Source of the DNA: Pseudomonas aeruginosa PAO1
Lineage (GTDB): Bacteria; Pseudomonadota; Gammaproteobacteria; Pseudomonadales; Pseudomonadaceae
NCBI RefSeq assembly: GCF_000006765.1
Contig: NC_002516.2
DNA length: 64,000 bases
Direction: 5' to 3' (one strand)
Shown: positions 37,850 to 47,640 of the stretch, piece by piece
Numbering within the stretch: the stretch's first letter is position 1
Layout of the letters: every line of letters begins with the position of its first letter
The notes under the pieces: model-generated
Database searches by the model: none
What the model saw: only the letters and a program-made list of their open reading frames with translations
Told to the model about the DNA's origin: nothing
Program-made: the position numbers and the translations under genes

Positions 37850-38194
37850 ATGCTAGGTACCCGGCTAAAAGCCGCAAGAATCAGAGCGGGATACTCGCAG
37901 AAACAGTTGGGCATGCTGGTGGGAATGGACGAGTTTTCCGCCAGCGCACGGATGAACCAATACGAACGCGAACGGCACTCCCCCAACATGCGGACTTCCG
38001 AACAGCTGGCCATGGTCCTCCAGGTCCCCATGGCCTACCTCTATTGCCCCGAGGACGAGCTGGCCGAGCTCATCCTCAAGGTGTCCAGCCTGACACCCGA
38101 GTTCAAGAAAGAGCTGACGCGTTTCATCGAACAGTTGCTCGCGGCCCAGGGATCAACCAGCCGCCAGCCTGTACGCACAAGGAGTGAACTGTGA
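37850..38194 (+). CDS. bswR: XRE-family regulator BswR
   Basis: RLKAARIRAGYSQKQLG...SARMNQYERERHSP; 114 aa from ATG 37850; synteny. Confidence 0.8.
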   Translation: MLGTRLKAARIRAGYSQKQLGMLVGMDEFSASARMNQYERERHSPNMRTSEQLAMVLQVPMAYLYCPEDELAELILKVSSLTPEFKKELTRFIEQLLAAQGSTSRQPVRTRSEL

Positions 38195-38532
38195 ACAAAA
38201 GCTTGGATTCAGACTCGATAACCACCGCCATAATGGCCCTGCGTCGCCTACGCGACACGCATCCGGAGCAGTACCGGGAGCTGCTGCCGTTGTGCGCCTC
38301 GGGGCTGGTGGAGACCCTGGTCGGACAGAGCGACGGGGACGACCGCAGGAAGGCCGAGACGCAGAGCGAGACCATCGCCCGCTGGACCTGGCTGCAGTTG
38401 CTCGGCTGGGCCCAGAACAACAGCCTCAGCCAGCAGCAGATCGAAAGCCTCTACAGCATCGTCGAAGGCATCCGCAGTTGCCGGCCGCTGATGCAGGAGC
38501 GCGCCCGTCTCCTGCAACTGGCGCGAGGCTGA
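38191..38532 (+). CDS. 113-aa hypothetical protein coupled to bswR
   Basis: GTGA overlap; compact ORF. Confidence 0.75.
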   Translation: MNKSLDSDSITTAIMALRRLRDTHPEQYRELLPLCASGLVETLVGQSDGDDRRKAETQSETIARWTWLQLLGWAQNNSLSQQQIESLYSIVEGIRSCRPLMQERARLLQLARG

Positions 38533-38545
38533 GGCCCCGGCGCGG

Positions 38546-38638
38546 CTAGAGGCCGTACCGGGTTGCCTGGAGATGAGCGAACATGCCACCGTCGGCCGGG
38601 ATGTCGACACCCCATAGCCAGCGCGAGGCGTCAGCGAA
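38546..38638 (-). pseudogene. C-terminal remnant of a short-chain dehydrogenase
   Basis: FADASRWLWGVDIPADGGMFAHLQATRYGL* resembles the SDR C-terminal motif (S..S.WI.G..I.VDGG). Confidence 0.5.
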
Positions 38639-38649
38639 GCCAGCTGGAC

Positions 38650-38745
38650 GAACCAGGGCTTTGAGGTGGCATCGGCGAACTTCTTGAACTGCCAGGCCGG
38701 TCCGCCCATATAGGTGGGGCTGCCGTAGACGATGGCATCGGCTTC
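38650..38745 (-). pseudogene. Internal remnant of a WrbA/flavodoxin-like protein
   Basis: EADAIVYGSPTYMGGPAWQFKKFADATSKPWF with no start or end. Confidence 0.8.
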
Positions 38746-38869
38746 GACGAGCCGAGCAACTTCGTCCAGTTCTTCAAGCGCGAGGACGGCCAGGTGCGCC
38801 GAAGCCTTCCGCCGCGAACAGCATGGCGGCCGAACGCCAGCCTTGCCGCAGCGCACAGAGCGCACGTGA
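38737..38869 (+). pseudogene. C-terminal remnant of an AraC-family regulator
   Basis: IGFDEPSNFVQFFKREDG, then +1 shift, EAFRREQH...*; matches the AraC second-HTH pattern GF.D.S.F.R.FK...G.TP..FR. Confidence 0.7.
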
Positions 38870-39010
38870 CCTGGCGCCCGCAGCGCTCCGGCCTGATTCG
38901 CAGTTTCGTCACGCCGGCGCGCGGCCTGGCGCAAATGTGAACGGTTGCCGCCACGCTGGGAGAGGCTTCTTCCTAGACTCCGCGCCACGTTCACTCAGAG
39001 GAGAAACAAC

Positions 39011-39670
39011 GTGGCCAAGACATGGATCTACGCAGCCTCGGCCGCCGCCATCGGCGGTGCGCTGATCGGCGGCTGGCTGCTCGACCCGGCTCCGCCCGAG
39101 GCATCGCCGCAGGCCCGCCAGTCCCCCGCCGCCCAGGCAGCCGCCGCCCCGACAGCGGCGCTCGCGGCGCCGGCGGCGGACGCTACCCGCATGCTCGCCC
39201 CGACCCCCGTCACGACGCCCGCGCCACGCGAGCGGGTGACGCTCTGGCAAGGCGAACTGCGCAGCCGCGAAGGCGCCCAGGGCATTCCCGAATACCTGGC
39301 GCAGGTCGAACCCGCCCTGCTCGACACGCTGGCGCTCGGCCAGGTGCTGGAAATGAGCCTGCCGGGTCGCGAGCGGCCCTTGCAGGCACGCCTCGCCAGC
39401 ACCCATAACAGCGCCGGCCTGCCGGTCTGGCGCGGCGGCCTGGTGGACGGCGACGAGGCGGAAAGCCTGACCGTGGTGCGCGGCAGCCTGGAAACCCACA
39501 TCAATGTCGCCACCCTCGACGGCAGCTACTCGATCATCGTCGACAACCGCAGCGGCAAGACCCGGGTGATCGACGAGAACGACATCGCCGCGCGTAGCGA
39601 CCCGCACGGCGATCATGTCGACGCGCCGCTCGCCGAGCTGCCACCGATGCCGCCGCCCGCCCAGGGCTGA
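39011..39670 (+). CDS. bamI: Metzincin inhibitor/partner BamI
   Basis: GAGGAG SD, GTG 39011, 219 aa, directly upstream of mep72. Confidence 0.75.
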   Translation: MAKTWIYAASAAAIGGALIGGWLLDPAPPEASPQARQSPAAQAAAAPTAALAAPAADATRMLAPTPVTTPAPRERVTLWQGELRSREGAQGIPEYLAQVEPALLDTLALGQVLEMSLPGRERPLQARLASTHNSAGLPVWRGGLVDGDEAESLTVVRGSLETHINVATLDGSYSIIVDNRSGKTRVIDENDIAARSDPHGDHVDAPLAELPPMPPPAQG

Positions 39671-39747
39671 GCCCACCTTCCCAGCATGTTTCCCCAGCGG
39701 TGCCCTCGGGGCGCCATGGCTTCCTATTGTCCGAACACAGGCAACCC

Positions 39748-41547
39748 ATGAAGAAATCCCTGCTCTGCTCCACCCTAGCCCTGGCGGTAGCCTCTGCCGC
39801 CCAGGCCGCGCCGAAGACCGTCGACATCATGGTCCTCTACACCCCCGCGGCGACCCAGACCGCAAATGGCCGCGACATCGATGCGCGGATCGCCAGCTAC
39901 ATCGAGTTCGCCAACACCGCCTACGAGAAGAGCGGCGTCAACCTGCGCCTGCGTCTGGTGCACAAGCAGCGCCTGGACTGGGCCGACTACCCGACGGTGA
40001 CCGGCGCCAACCTCGATCGCTTCATGCGCGACCCGCAGGTGCAGCGCCTGCGCGAGCAGTACGGCGCCGACCTGGTCAGCCTGGTCAACCGCTCGCAGAA
40101 CAGCGGCAACGGCTACATCACCTGCGGCATCGGCTACATGGGCTCGGGCGATAAGAACAGCGGGCGCTTCCACGGCAACGCCAAGGACATTGCCTACAAC
40201 CTCACCGGGGTCGACTGCGGGCTCAACACCTTCGCCCATGAAGCCGGCCACAACATGGGCCTGCGCCACTCCTACGAGCAGGACCTGGAGTCCAGCTACT
40301 ACGATCCGCGCTACGCCCACAGCGGCACCTACGAATGGAGCCGCGGCTACGGCGTGCAGGGGCGCTTCGCCACCGTGATGGCCTACCCGCATGCCTTCGG
40401 CACCAACAAGCAGGCACCGTTCTTCGCCAACCCGCGCCTGGTCAACGCCGAATGCGCCAACCAGCCCTGCGGCCGCGAAGAACACGCCGACGCCGTACGC
40501 GCGCTGAACAGCATGGCCACGCAGATCGCCGACTTTCGCCCGACCAAGGTACCCGGCACGGTCAACCCGGGCTCCGGCGGCGACACGCCGACCCCGCCGG
40601 ACCTGCCATGGTGCACGAAAGCCAAGCTCGGCGGCCTGCTCGGCGATGGCGAGTTCGCCAGCATGGAAGGCTGGCGCGCATGGTCCGGCAACGCCCAACT
40701 GAGCCTGGTGAACGTCGCCAAGGGCTGCCGCGACAATGCCTTGCTGGTCGACGTGCGTGGCTTCGACCTGCTGGTCCGCCCCATTGCCCCCCTGCGCGCC
40801 GGCAGCGGCTACCGGCTGAGCGGCAAGGTCATGCTCAAGGCCGCGAATACCCGTGAAACCGTGCGCATGGCGCTGCTCAGCGAACGCGCCGATGGCGCCC
40901 TGGCCTACAACCCGGCGCAGAGCGTCGAACTGTCGGTCAGCGGCAACGAGTTCAGTCGCCTGGAGAAGACCTTCGACTACCGTCCCGCCGCCGACCAGCG
41001 CAACCTCTACGTGGCGGTCTGGAGCGACAGCGGCGCCAGCCTGCTGGTCGACGAGATGAACCTGCAGGAAGCCCAGGCCGCGCCGCCGAGCGTACCGCCG
41101 GCGCCGAAACGCATCGCCTACGACTTCGAGAGCGGCATCGGCGGCTGGAGCGGCGTGCATGCCAGCGCCCGCGCCACGCGCGTCGCCAGCGCCGGGCGGC
41201 TGGCCCTGGAAGCCTACCAGCGGCGCTACGCCGGCACCGGCGCGAGCACCAGCCTGCTGGGCAACCTGGAAGCAGGCCGGACCTACGCGTTCAGCGCGGA
41301 CGTACGGGTCGGCGACGGTCGCGGCTCGCAGGCCATGACCTATGCCTACCTCTACCTGGAAAGCCAGGGTCGGCCCGGCGAATACCTGCCCCTGGGCTAC
41401 AAGGTGGTCGAGAATGGCCGCTGGGCCAGCCTGCGCGGCCAGGTGCAATTGCCGAAGGGGCCGATCAAGCGTGCTGAACTGATGATCCTCAGCGGTAACC
41501 AGCAGGAGTCGATGTTCATCGACAACGTCCAGTTGCTGCAGAAGTAG
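39748..41547 (+). CDS. mep72: Secreted metzincin metalloprotease Mep72 with two carbohydrate-binding-like domains
   Basis: Signal peptide; HEAGHNMGLRH zinc motif; TVMAY Met-turn; 599 aa. Confidence 0.88.
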   Translation: MKKSLLCSTLALAVASAAQAAPKTVDIMVLYTPAATQTANGRDIDARIASYIEFANTAYEKSGVNLRLRLVHKQRLDWADYPTVTGANLDRFMRDPQVQRLREQYGADLVSLVNRSQNSGNGYITCGIGYMGSGDKNSGRFHGNAKDIAYNLTGVDCGLNTFAHEAGHNMGLRHSYEQDLESSYYDPRYAHSGTYEWSRGYGVQGRFATVMAYPHAFGTNKQAPFFANPRLVNAECANQPCGREEHADAVRALNSMATQIADFRPTKVPGTVNPGSGGDTPTPPDLPWCTKAKLGGLLGDGEFASMEGWRAWSGNAQLSLVNVAKGCRDNALLVDVRGFDLLVRPIAPLRAGSGYRLSGKVMLKAANTRETVRMALLSERADGALAYNPAQSVELSVSGNEFSRLEKTFDYRPAADQRNLYVAVWSDSGASLLVDEMNLQEAQAAPPSVPPAPKRIAYDFESGIGGWSGVHASARATRVASAGRLALEAYQRRYAGTGASTSLLGNLEAGRTYAFSADVRVGDGRGSQAMTYAYLYLESQGRPGEYLPLGYKVVENGRWASLRGQVQLPKGPIKRAELMILSGNQQESMFIDNVQLLQK

Positions 41548-41623
41548 GACGCTTCCCCTCCATGCCCCCGGCGGGCACGGAGGGGATTTTGCGGAGCGCT
41601 CCAGGCCGGATGCAGCGATCAAG

Positions 41624-41646
41624 AAATTATCGTTTTACGATAATTT
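41624..41646. promoter_or_regulatory. Perfect palindromic operator upstream of the DUF2975/HTH pair
   Basis: AAATTATCGT-TTT-ACGATAATTT. Confidence 0.7.
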
Positions 41647-41718
41647 ATTATTAAACTATGATCACTCCGGTTTCCCTCGTTTCCGAGGGGCCTGCCCACC
41701 TTCCCAGGAGTACCCCCG

Positions 41719-42276
41719 ATGACAAGCGACCGCCTGGCCGGCTACAGCCGCCTGATGGCTACCCTGACCCTGCTGTTGATCGCCGGCATGCTGCTGCTCA
41801 ACGCCGCGTGCTGGATCTTCCCCGACCTCGCCAGCGAGCACGGCCTCGGTTTCGCTCTCCCCGCCACCGGTGTCGCCGGCGACCTCGGCGTTGTGGCGCG
41901 GGACATGCCGCTCTGGCAGGCCCTCGGCGGCATCCTCCTGTCGAGCCTGCCGCTGCTGGTCCTGGCCAGTGGACTGCAGGCGCTGCGAAGGCTGTTCCAG
42001 CACTACGGGCGCGGCGAGTATTTCTGCGAAGACGCCGCGGCGCTGCTCGGCAAGGTCGGCCTGTGCCTGGCTTGCTGGGTGCTGGCGAACTTCCTGCTGG
42101 AACCGCTGCTGACGGTCTGGGTCACCTTCCTCCAACCCCAGGGGCAACGCATCGTCAGTCTCAGCTTCGGTTCGGCGGAACTGGTCAGCCTGTTCGCCGC
42201 CGCCTCGGTGATGGTGATCGCGCGCATCCAGCGCAAGGCCGCCCTGCTCGCCGAGGAAAACCGCCAGTTCGTCTGA
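41719..42276 (+). CDS. DUF2975-like membrane protein
   Basis: Four TM; LRRLFQHYGRGEYF; ends AALLAEENRQFV. Confidence 0.88.
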   Translation: MTSDRLAGYSRLMATLTLLLIAGMLLLNAACWIFPDLASEHGLGFALPATGVAGDLGVVARDMPLWQALGGILLSSLPLLVLASGLQALRRLFQHYGRGEYFCEDAAALLGKVGLCLACWVLANFLLEPLLTVWVTFLQPQGQRIVSLSFGSAELVSLFAAASVMVIARIQRKAALLAEENRQFV

Positions 42277-42284
42277 GGTCCGCC

Positions 42285-42503
42285 ATGCCCATCGAAATCA
42301 GGCTGGACGTCATGCTCGCCCTGCGCAAGGCCAGGTCCAAGGACCTGGCCCAGGCCATCGGCATCACCGAACAGAACCTGTCGCTGCTCAAGCAGGGCAA
42401 GGTAAAGGGCATTCGCCTCGCTACCCTGGAGGCCATCTGCGCCTACCTGGCGTGCCAGCCGGGAGACCTGCTGGAGTACCTGCCCGGCCCGACCGAGGAG
42501 TGA
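42285..42503 (+). CDS. YozG-like Cro/C1 HTH regulator
   Basis: MPIEIRLDVML...LSLLKQGKVKGIRLATLEAICAYLACQPGDLLEY. Confidence 0.92.
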   Translation: MPIEIRLDVMLALRKARSKDLAQAIGITEQNLSLLKQGKVKGIRLATLEAICAYLACQPGDLLEYLPGPTEE

Positions 42504-42617
42504 CAGCCGGGCGCTTATGCGCTCGAGCGAGGGGGAGCGCACCAAAGGGTATTTAGGCCAAGCCCCCTTTCGCCGCTACAGTCGCGGTTCATCCACCAGA
42601 CATGGGCGAGGCCGGGC

Positions 42618-43085
42618 ATGGCGAAATCCTCCGAACGATTCGAATCCCTGCGCCGGGATATCGACGCACTGGCCCGCCGGCTCGACGTGCCGTCGGTGCT
42701 GATCATGCGTTCCCTGCCCCGGCACATGCGCGTCGAGGCCTCCGCCGGACGCCTGGAGGACACCTACCCGATCGGCGCCGAAGGCCGCAAGAGCGTCCAT
42801 GAAGACGGCGCCAAACCCCTCTACTGCGAACGCGTGGTCGACCGCGACGCCCCATTGCACGTGCGCGACTCGCGCCAGGAGACGGAATGGGCCGGCAACG
42901 AGGATGAAGTCGAGTTCGGCCTGAGCAACTACCTTGGCTATCCGGTTCATGCGCCCGACGGCACCCCGTACGGCACCGTCTGCGTACTCGACAGCCGACC
43001 GCGCGACTATTCGGCCGAGGAACGAGCCCTGCTGGAAGAATTGCGGCGCAAGGTCGAGGCGCTGCTGGCGGAAACCGTCTCATGA
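42618..43085 (+). CDS. Stand-alone GAF domain protein
   Basis: LYCERVV, NYLGYPVHAPDGTPYGTVCVLDSRPRDYS. Confidence 0.85.
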   Translation: MAKSSERFESLRRDIDALARRLDVPSVLIMRSLPRHMRVEASAGRLEDTYPIGAEGRKSVHEDGAKPLYCERVVDRDAPLHVRDSRQETEWAGNEDEVEFGLSNYLGYPVHAPDGTPYGTVCVLDSRPRDYSAEERALLEELRRKVEALLAETVS

Positions 43086-43151
43086 CCTAAGGTCAATCGG
43101 ATACCGCGGCGCACAACCGCGCCGCCTCCGCCCGCCAGACGAGGACCTTCC

Positions 43152-44390
43152 GTGCACGCCCGCCGCCTGCCCCGCCTCTTGCCGCTCGCCCTCGCCTTCC
43201 TGCTTTCGCCCGCCGCCTTCGCTGCCGACACGCCAGCCGCCGAGCTGCTGCGCCAGGCCGAAGCCGAACGCCCGGCCTACCTCGACACGCTCCGGCAACT
43301 GGTCGCGGTGGACAGCGGTACCGGCCAGGCCGAAGGCCTCGGCCAGTTGTCCGCGCTGCTCGCCGAACGCCTGCAGGCGCTCGGCGCGCAAGTCCGCAGC
43401 GCACCGGCGACGCCCTCGGCCGGCGACAACCTGGTGGCCACCCTCGATGGCACCGGCAGCAAGCGCTTCCTGCTGATGATTCACTACGACACCGTGTTCG
43501 CCGCCGGCAGCGCGGCGAAGCGTCCGTTCCGCGAGGACGCGGAGCGCGCCTACGGACCCGGCGTGGCCGACGCCAAGGGCGGCGTGGCGATGGTGCTGCA
43601 TGCCCTGGCGCTGCTCAGGCAGCAAGGCTTCAGGGACTACGGACGGATCACCGTGCTGTTCAATCCCGACGAAGAGACCGGCTCCGCCGGCTCGAAGCAA
43701 CTGATCGCCGAGCTGGCCCGGCAGCAGGACTACGTCTTCTCCTACGAGCCGCCGGACCGGGACGCAGTGACGGTAGCCACCAATGGCATCGACGGCCTGC
43801 TGCTCGAGGTGAAGGGTCGCTCGTCCCATGCCGGCTCGGCACCCGAGCAAGGCCGCAACGCCATTCTCGAACTGTCGCACCAGTTGCTGCGTCTCAAGGA
43901 CCTCGGCGATCCGGCGAAAGGCACCACGCTGAACTGGACCCTCGCCAGGGGCGGCGAGAAGCGCAACATCATTCCCGCCGAGGCTTCGGCGGAAGCCGAC
44001 ATGCGCTACTCGGACCCGGCCGAGAGCGAGCGGGTACTGGCCGACGCCCGGAAGCTGACCGGCGAACGCCTGGTCGCCGATACCGAAGTCAGTCTGCGTC
44101 TCGACAAGGGTCGTCCGCCTCTGGTGAAGAACCCCGCCTCGCAGCGCCTGGCGGAAACCGCGCAGACGCTCTACGGCCGAATCGGCAAGCGCATCGAGCC
44201 GATCGCCATGCGCTTCGGCACGGACGCCGGCTACGCCTACGTGCCCGGCAGCGACAAACCGGCGGTGCTGGAAACCCTCGGCGTGGTCGGCGCCGGCCTG
44301 CACAGCGAGGCGGAATACCTCGAACTATCCAGCATCGCCCCCCGCCTGTACCTGACGGTGGCGCTGATCCGCGAGCTGTCCGCCGACTAG
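43152..44390 (+). CDS. cpg2: Glutamate carboxypeptidase (M20, carboxypeptidase G2 type)
   Basis: Signal peptide; HYDTVF, GPGVADAKGG, PDEETGS, SHAG, GLHSEAE. Confidence 0.9.
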   Translation: MHARRLPRLLPLALAFLLSPAAFAADTPAAELLRQAEAERPAYLDTLRQLVAVDSGTGQAEGLGQLSALLAERLQALGAQVRSAPATPSAGDNLVATLDGTGSKRFLLMIHYDTVFAAGSAAKRPFREDAERAYGPGVADAKGGVAMVLHALALLRQQGFRDYGRITVLFNPDEETGSAGSKQLIAELARQQDYVFSYEPPDRDAVTVATNGIDGLLLEVKGRSSHAGSAPEQGRNAILELSHQLLRLKDLGDPAKGTTLNWTLARGGEKRNIIPAEASAEADMRYSDPAESERVLADARKLTGERLVADTEVSLRLDKGRPPLVKNPASQRLAETAQTLYGRIGKRIEPIAMRFGTDAGYAYVPGSDKPAVLETLGVVGAGLHSEAEYLELSSIAPRLYLTVALIRELSAD

Positions 44391-44411
44391 CGCCGACGCC
44401 CGCAGCCAGCC

Positions 44412-46007
44412 TCAGGTACGGAAGCGGCCGAGCACCACGCGCAAGCCAGCCATGTGCTCCTTGACCCTCTGGTTGGCCGAAAGCACTGCGGCGGTCCCTT
44501 CGTGGGCCTGCTCGGAGAGTCCGGAGACGTTGGTGATGTTGCGGTCGATGTCCTGGGCCACCTGGCTCTGTTCCTCGGCGGCGGTCGCGATCTGCTGGTT
44601 GAGGCCGTCCAGTTCTTCCACCGTGGCGACGATGCGCCCCAGCGCCTGGGCCGCGCTGTCGGCCTCGACGAGGTTGCTCTGGGCATGGCTGGCGCTACCG
44701 CGCATGGCGGCGACCGCATCGTTGGCGCCGTCCTGCAACTGCTCGATCAACCCCTGGATCTCCTGGGTCGACTGCTGGGTACGGTTGGCCAGCGAACGCA
44801 CTTCGTCCGCCACCACGGCGAAGCCGCGCCCGGCCTCCCCGGCCCGCGCCGCCTCGATGGCGGCATTGAGCGCCAGCAGGTTGGTCTGCTCGGCGATGCT
44901 GCTGATCACCGTAAGCACCTGGCCGACACTGCCGGCATGCTGGTGCAGGGTGTTCAGCGCCAGGGCGGTCTGTTCCAGTTCCTCCGCCAACGCACCGGTC
45001 TGGCTGCTGGCGTGCTCCACCAGACGCCGTCCCTCGTGGGCCAGGGCCGCGGCGTCGCGCGTGGAGTGCGCCGCATGGTTGGCGTGGCGGGCGACCTCGG
45101 CCACGGTGGCGCTCATCTCGTTCATCGCGGTGGCCACCTGGTCCAGGTCCTGGTGCTGGCGCGCCACCTGGTCGCCGGCGCCGAGCGCCTGCTCCAGGGC
45201 CTCGGCCACGTCCTTGTCGGTCTCTGCCGCGCTGCGCTTGACGTTCGCCAGCAAACCGCTGACGTCCTGGCGCATCCGCTCGTAGCCAGCGACGATGCGG
45301 CCGATCTCGTTGTCCGCATGGCCCGCCGCCAGGGCATGGGTGAAGTTCGCCGCGCCGACCTCGGTCAGCGCCACTTCCAACCCACGCAACTGCCGCATCA
45401 GCGGCGCCAGGCCGAACTGCCGGCCGAGCACCACCAGCACCAGGATCGCCAACAGGCAACCGAAGGCGATCCACATCTGGGTGTGCTGGACACTGTCGGC
45501 GCGCGCGCTCATCAGCGAGACCAGGTTGTTCAGCTCGCCCAACAGCTCGGTGGAATACTGCGAGAAGCCGCGCAGATCGACCTGGCTGGCAGGCTGTGCC
45601 ACCTGGTCGAGCATGGCCCGGTAGCGGCCCCAGATCTGCGCCACCTTCTGCCGCTGGGCGGCGATCTCCGGCGCGCCCATCCGGCTCACGTTGCGCTCGG
45701 CATTGCCCGCATCCAGATCGGCGGCCGAGCGTTCGTACTGGGCGATGGTCGCGGCCAGGGCCTTTGGGTCGCCGGCGCCGAGTCGCAATTGCAGCGCCTC
45801 GCGGGCCATCTTCTGGCTGAGCATGCGCTGCGCGCCGGCCACGTTGATGGTTTCCGGCGAGATCGACATGCTCAGGTACAACGCCACCGAGGCGCAGGCG
45901 GCCAGGCCGAACATCAGTGCATAGGACAGCAGGAACTGGGCGTTCAGGGTCTTCAACCCGAGCCCCCGTAGAATCCGATCGAACACCCTGGCGACGCTTT
46001 CGTTCAT
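44412..46007 (-). CDS. Methyl-accepting chemotaxis protein with a PilJ/NarX-like sensor region
   Basis: [14 protein letters not shown]; [34 protein letters not shown]. Confidence 0.95.
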   Translation of the reverse strand: MNESVARVFDRILRGLGLKTLNAQFLLSYALMFGLAACASVALYLSMSISPETINVAGAQRMLSQKMAREALQLRLGAGDPKALAATIAQYERSAADLDAGNAERNVSRMGAPEIAAQRQKVAQIWGRYRAMLDQVAQPASQVDLRGFSQYSTELLGELNNLVSLMSARADSVQHTQMWIAFGCLLAILVLVVLGRQFGLAPLMRQLRGLEVALTEVGAANFTHALAAGHADNEIGRIVAGYERMRQDVSGLLANVKRSAAETDKDVAEALEQALGAGDQVARQHQDLDQVATAMNEMSATVAEVARHANHAAHSTRDAAALAHEGRRLVEHASSQTGALAEELEQTALALNTLHQHAGSVGQVLTVISSIAEQTNLLALNAAIEAARAGEAGRGFAVVADEVRSLANRTQQSTQEIQGLIEQLQDGANDAVAAMRGSASHAQSNLVEADSAAQALGRIVATVEELDGLNQQIATAAEEQSQVAQDIDRNITNVSGLSEQAHEGTAAVLSANQRVKEHMAGLRVVLGRFRT

Positions 46008-46250
46008 TGGTTTTTCCCCACTGGACTACAGAAACCGATAACCACCCCATCGGCCCGTCGCGCCTGGGCTTGAATCGGCACTTCGCCGACTCCATCCCCG
46101 AGCGCCTCCCTCTCCAGGGCGTGGCCCCCGGCGGACAAGGCCTGAAGACAGTTTGCCGCTGCGGCATCGGGACGCGCCCTGTAAACTCTGGCAGGTACCC
46201 GGCACGCCGCGCCGGAGACGTCATGGAACCCAACCCGCAAGGACGCCCGC

Positions 46251-47330
46251 GTGATCCCCGTCGCCCCTCTTCCCCTGATCGTCCCGCTCATCTACCTGTC
46301 GTCGTTCGTCGCCGGCATCTGGCTGCTGGTCTGGCTATCGCTCCTGGCCTTCAGCCCGCGCGCGCGCCAGCGCTTGCGCCGCCGCTGGCCGAGCCGCGGC
46401 CTGCTGATGCTGCTCCTGCTGATCCCGTTGGGACTGCGCGCCTGGCTGGAGATCGGTCTCTGGCAGTACGAGCGCGAACGTGCACGCGAGGAAGCCGCGC
46501 ACAGCGCCGTGCTCGAGCGCCCTACCCGCCTCGGAGGCATCGAGATGCCTGCCGGCACCCGGCTGAAGCTGGAACTCAAGCACCAGCCGGAAAGCTTCCG
46601 AGAAGCCGAATTCCCCACCCCGGTGACGATCCGCGGCGTCGCCACCCGCCACCTGCAACGCTGGCTGCAGAGCGAGCAGGACAACCCGCAGGACCCATGG
46701 AAAACCACCGGCGTCCATCCCACTTCGCTGCGCCTGCGTGGCGAGGGAGTCGCCGAGATCGAAGGCTGGCGTTGCGACGCCAGCCAGGAAATCGCCTTCG
46801 CCAGCGAGCGCGACGGGCGTCCCGCCGCCTTCGAAGGCTGTAGCCTGGCGATCGGCAACCGCGCCGACGACATCGACTTCCCCGCCGGTGCGCGATTGTT
46901 CGCCAGCGATGGCATGGTCTACACCGACGGCTACCGCGACGCCGAGCGCTGGCGGGTAATGCCGGAAACCGGGCAACGGGTGTCGGTGCGCGGCATCGCG
47001 CTGAGCGGCGGCGCCCTGGCCTTCGACCGCGACCGCCGCCTGTACGGCCTCGGCGGTACGGTCCTCGCCGAGGCCTTGCAACTGGGCGCCTGGCACTACC
47101 CGGCAGGCACCGAGGTCAGCCTTTCACCCCGCGCCGCCTGGCGCGCGCAACATCCGCACGCCTGGCTGTTCAGTCCTACCCGCGAAGCCGCTTCGCATGC
47201 CTCCGGCGAGCGCCTGGAACACGGCGTCTCGCTGTTGCAGACGCTGGACGGCCAGGAACTTGAGCGCCTCGACAACCGCGCGGCAGGGGTCATCGACTTC
47301 ATCGAACTGGAGATCGGCGACGAACGCTGA
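46251..47330 (+). CDS. Membrane-anchored hypothetical protein
   Basis: Two N-terminal TM segments, beta-rich remainder. Confidence 0.8.
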   Translation: MIPVAPLPLIVPLIYLSSFVAGIWLLVWLSLLAFSPRARQRLRRRWPSRGLLMLLLLIPLGLRAWLEIGLWQYERERAREEAAHSAVLERPTRLGGIEMPAGTRLKLELKHQPESFREAEFPTPVTIRGVATRHLQRWLQSEQDNPQDPWKTTGVHPTSLRLRGEGVAEIEGWRCDASQEIAFASERDGRPAAFEGCSLAIGNRADDIDFPAGARLFASDGMVYTDGYRDAERWRVMPETGQRVSVRGIALSGGALAFDRDRRLYGLGGTVLAEALQLGAWHYPAGTEVSLSPRAAWRAQHPHAWLFSPTREAASHASGERLEHGVSLLQTLDGQELERLDNRAAGVIDFIELEIGDER

Positions 47331-47480
47331 ACCTGCGCCGCGCGGTTATCTGAGGCTCAGCCAGCAGCGCGGCGGGAAGGGCAATCAGGAAATGGACGAG
47401 GCGCATGGACCCTCCGTGGCCATCACTGCGGTATGGCTAGGCATTTTCCCGATCCTGCGGGAAAAGCGATGCCGCTTCGC

Positions 47481-47640
47481 TTGCCGCACAGCGAAACAGG
47501 GCTAGCCTTATCAATGTGACTTTCTCCTATGGTGGTCACCAAAGCCCCGGGGGCCGCTCATCCCTCCGGGGCTTTCCCCCCGCCTGCTGCCTCTCCCCTC
47601 CTTGATACAGCAGCCCATCGCAGTTCAACGAGGAAACCCG
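47481..47640 (+). promoter_or_regulatory. sigma70-like promoter and structured leader with three hairpins
   Basis: TTGCCG-16-TAGCCT; stems at 47516-39, 47541-75 and 47584-613; pyrimidine-rich loops containing CTCC. Confidence 0.5.

Noticed and set aside
38930-38952. Vfr/CRP-like site upstream of bamI-mep72
   Set aside because: Only one half-site (TGTGA) is clear. Vfr control is reported for this operon, but I cannot place the site from sequence.
47299-47406. Minus-strand 35-aa ORF MRLVHFLIALPAALLAEPQ... with GGAGG
   Set aside because: It overlaps the end of the 46251-47330 gene in antisense, and the SD spacing is short. Support is weak.
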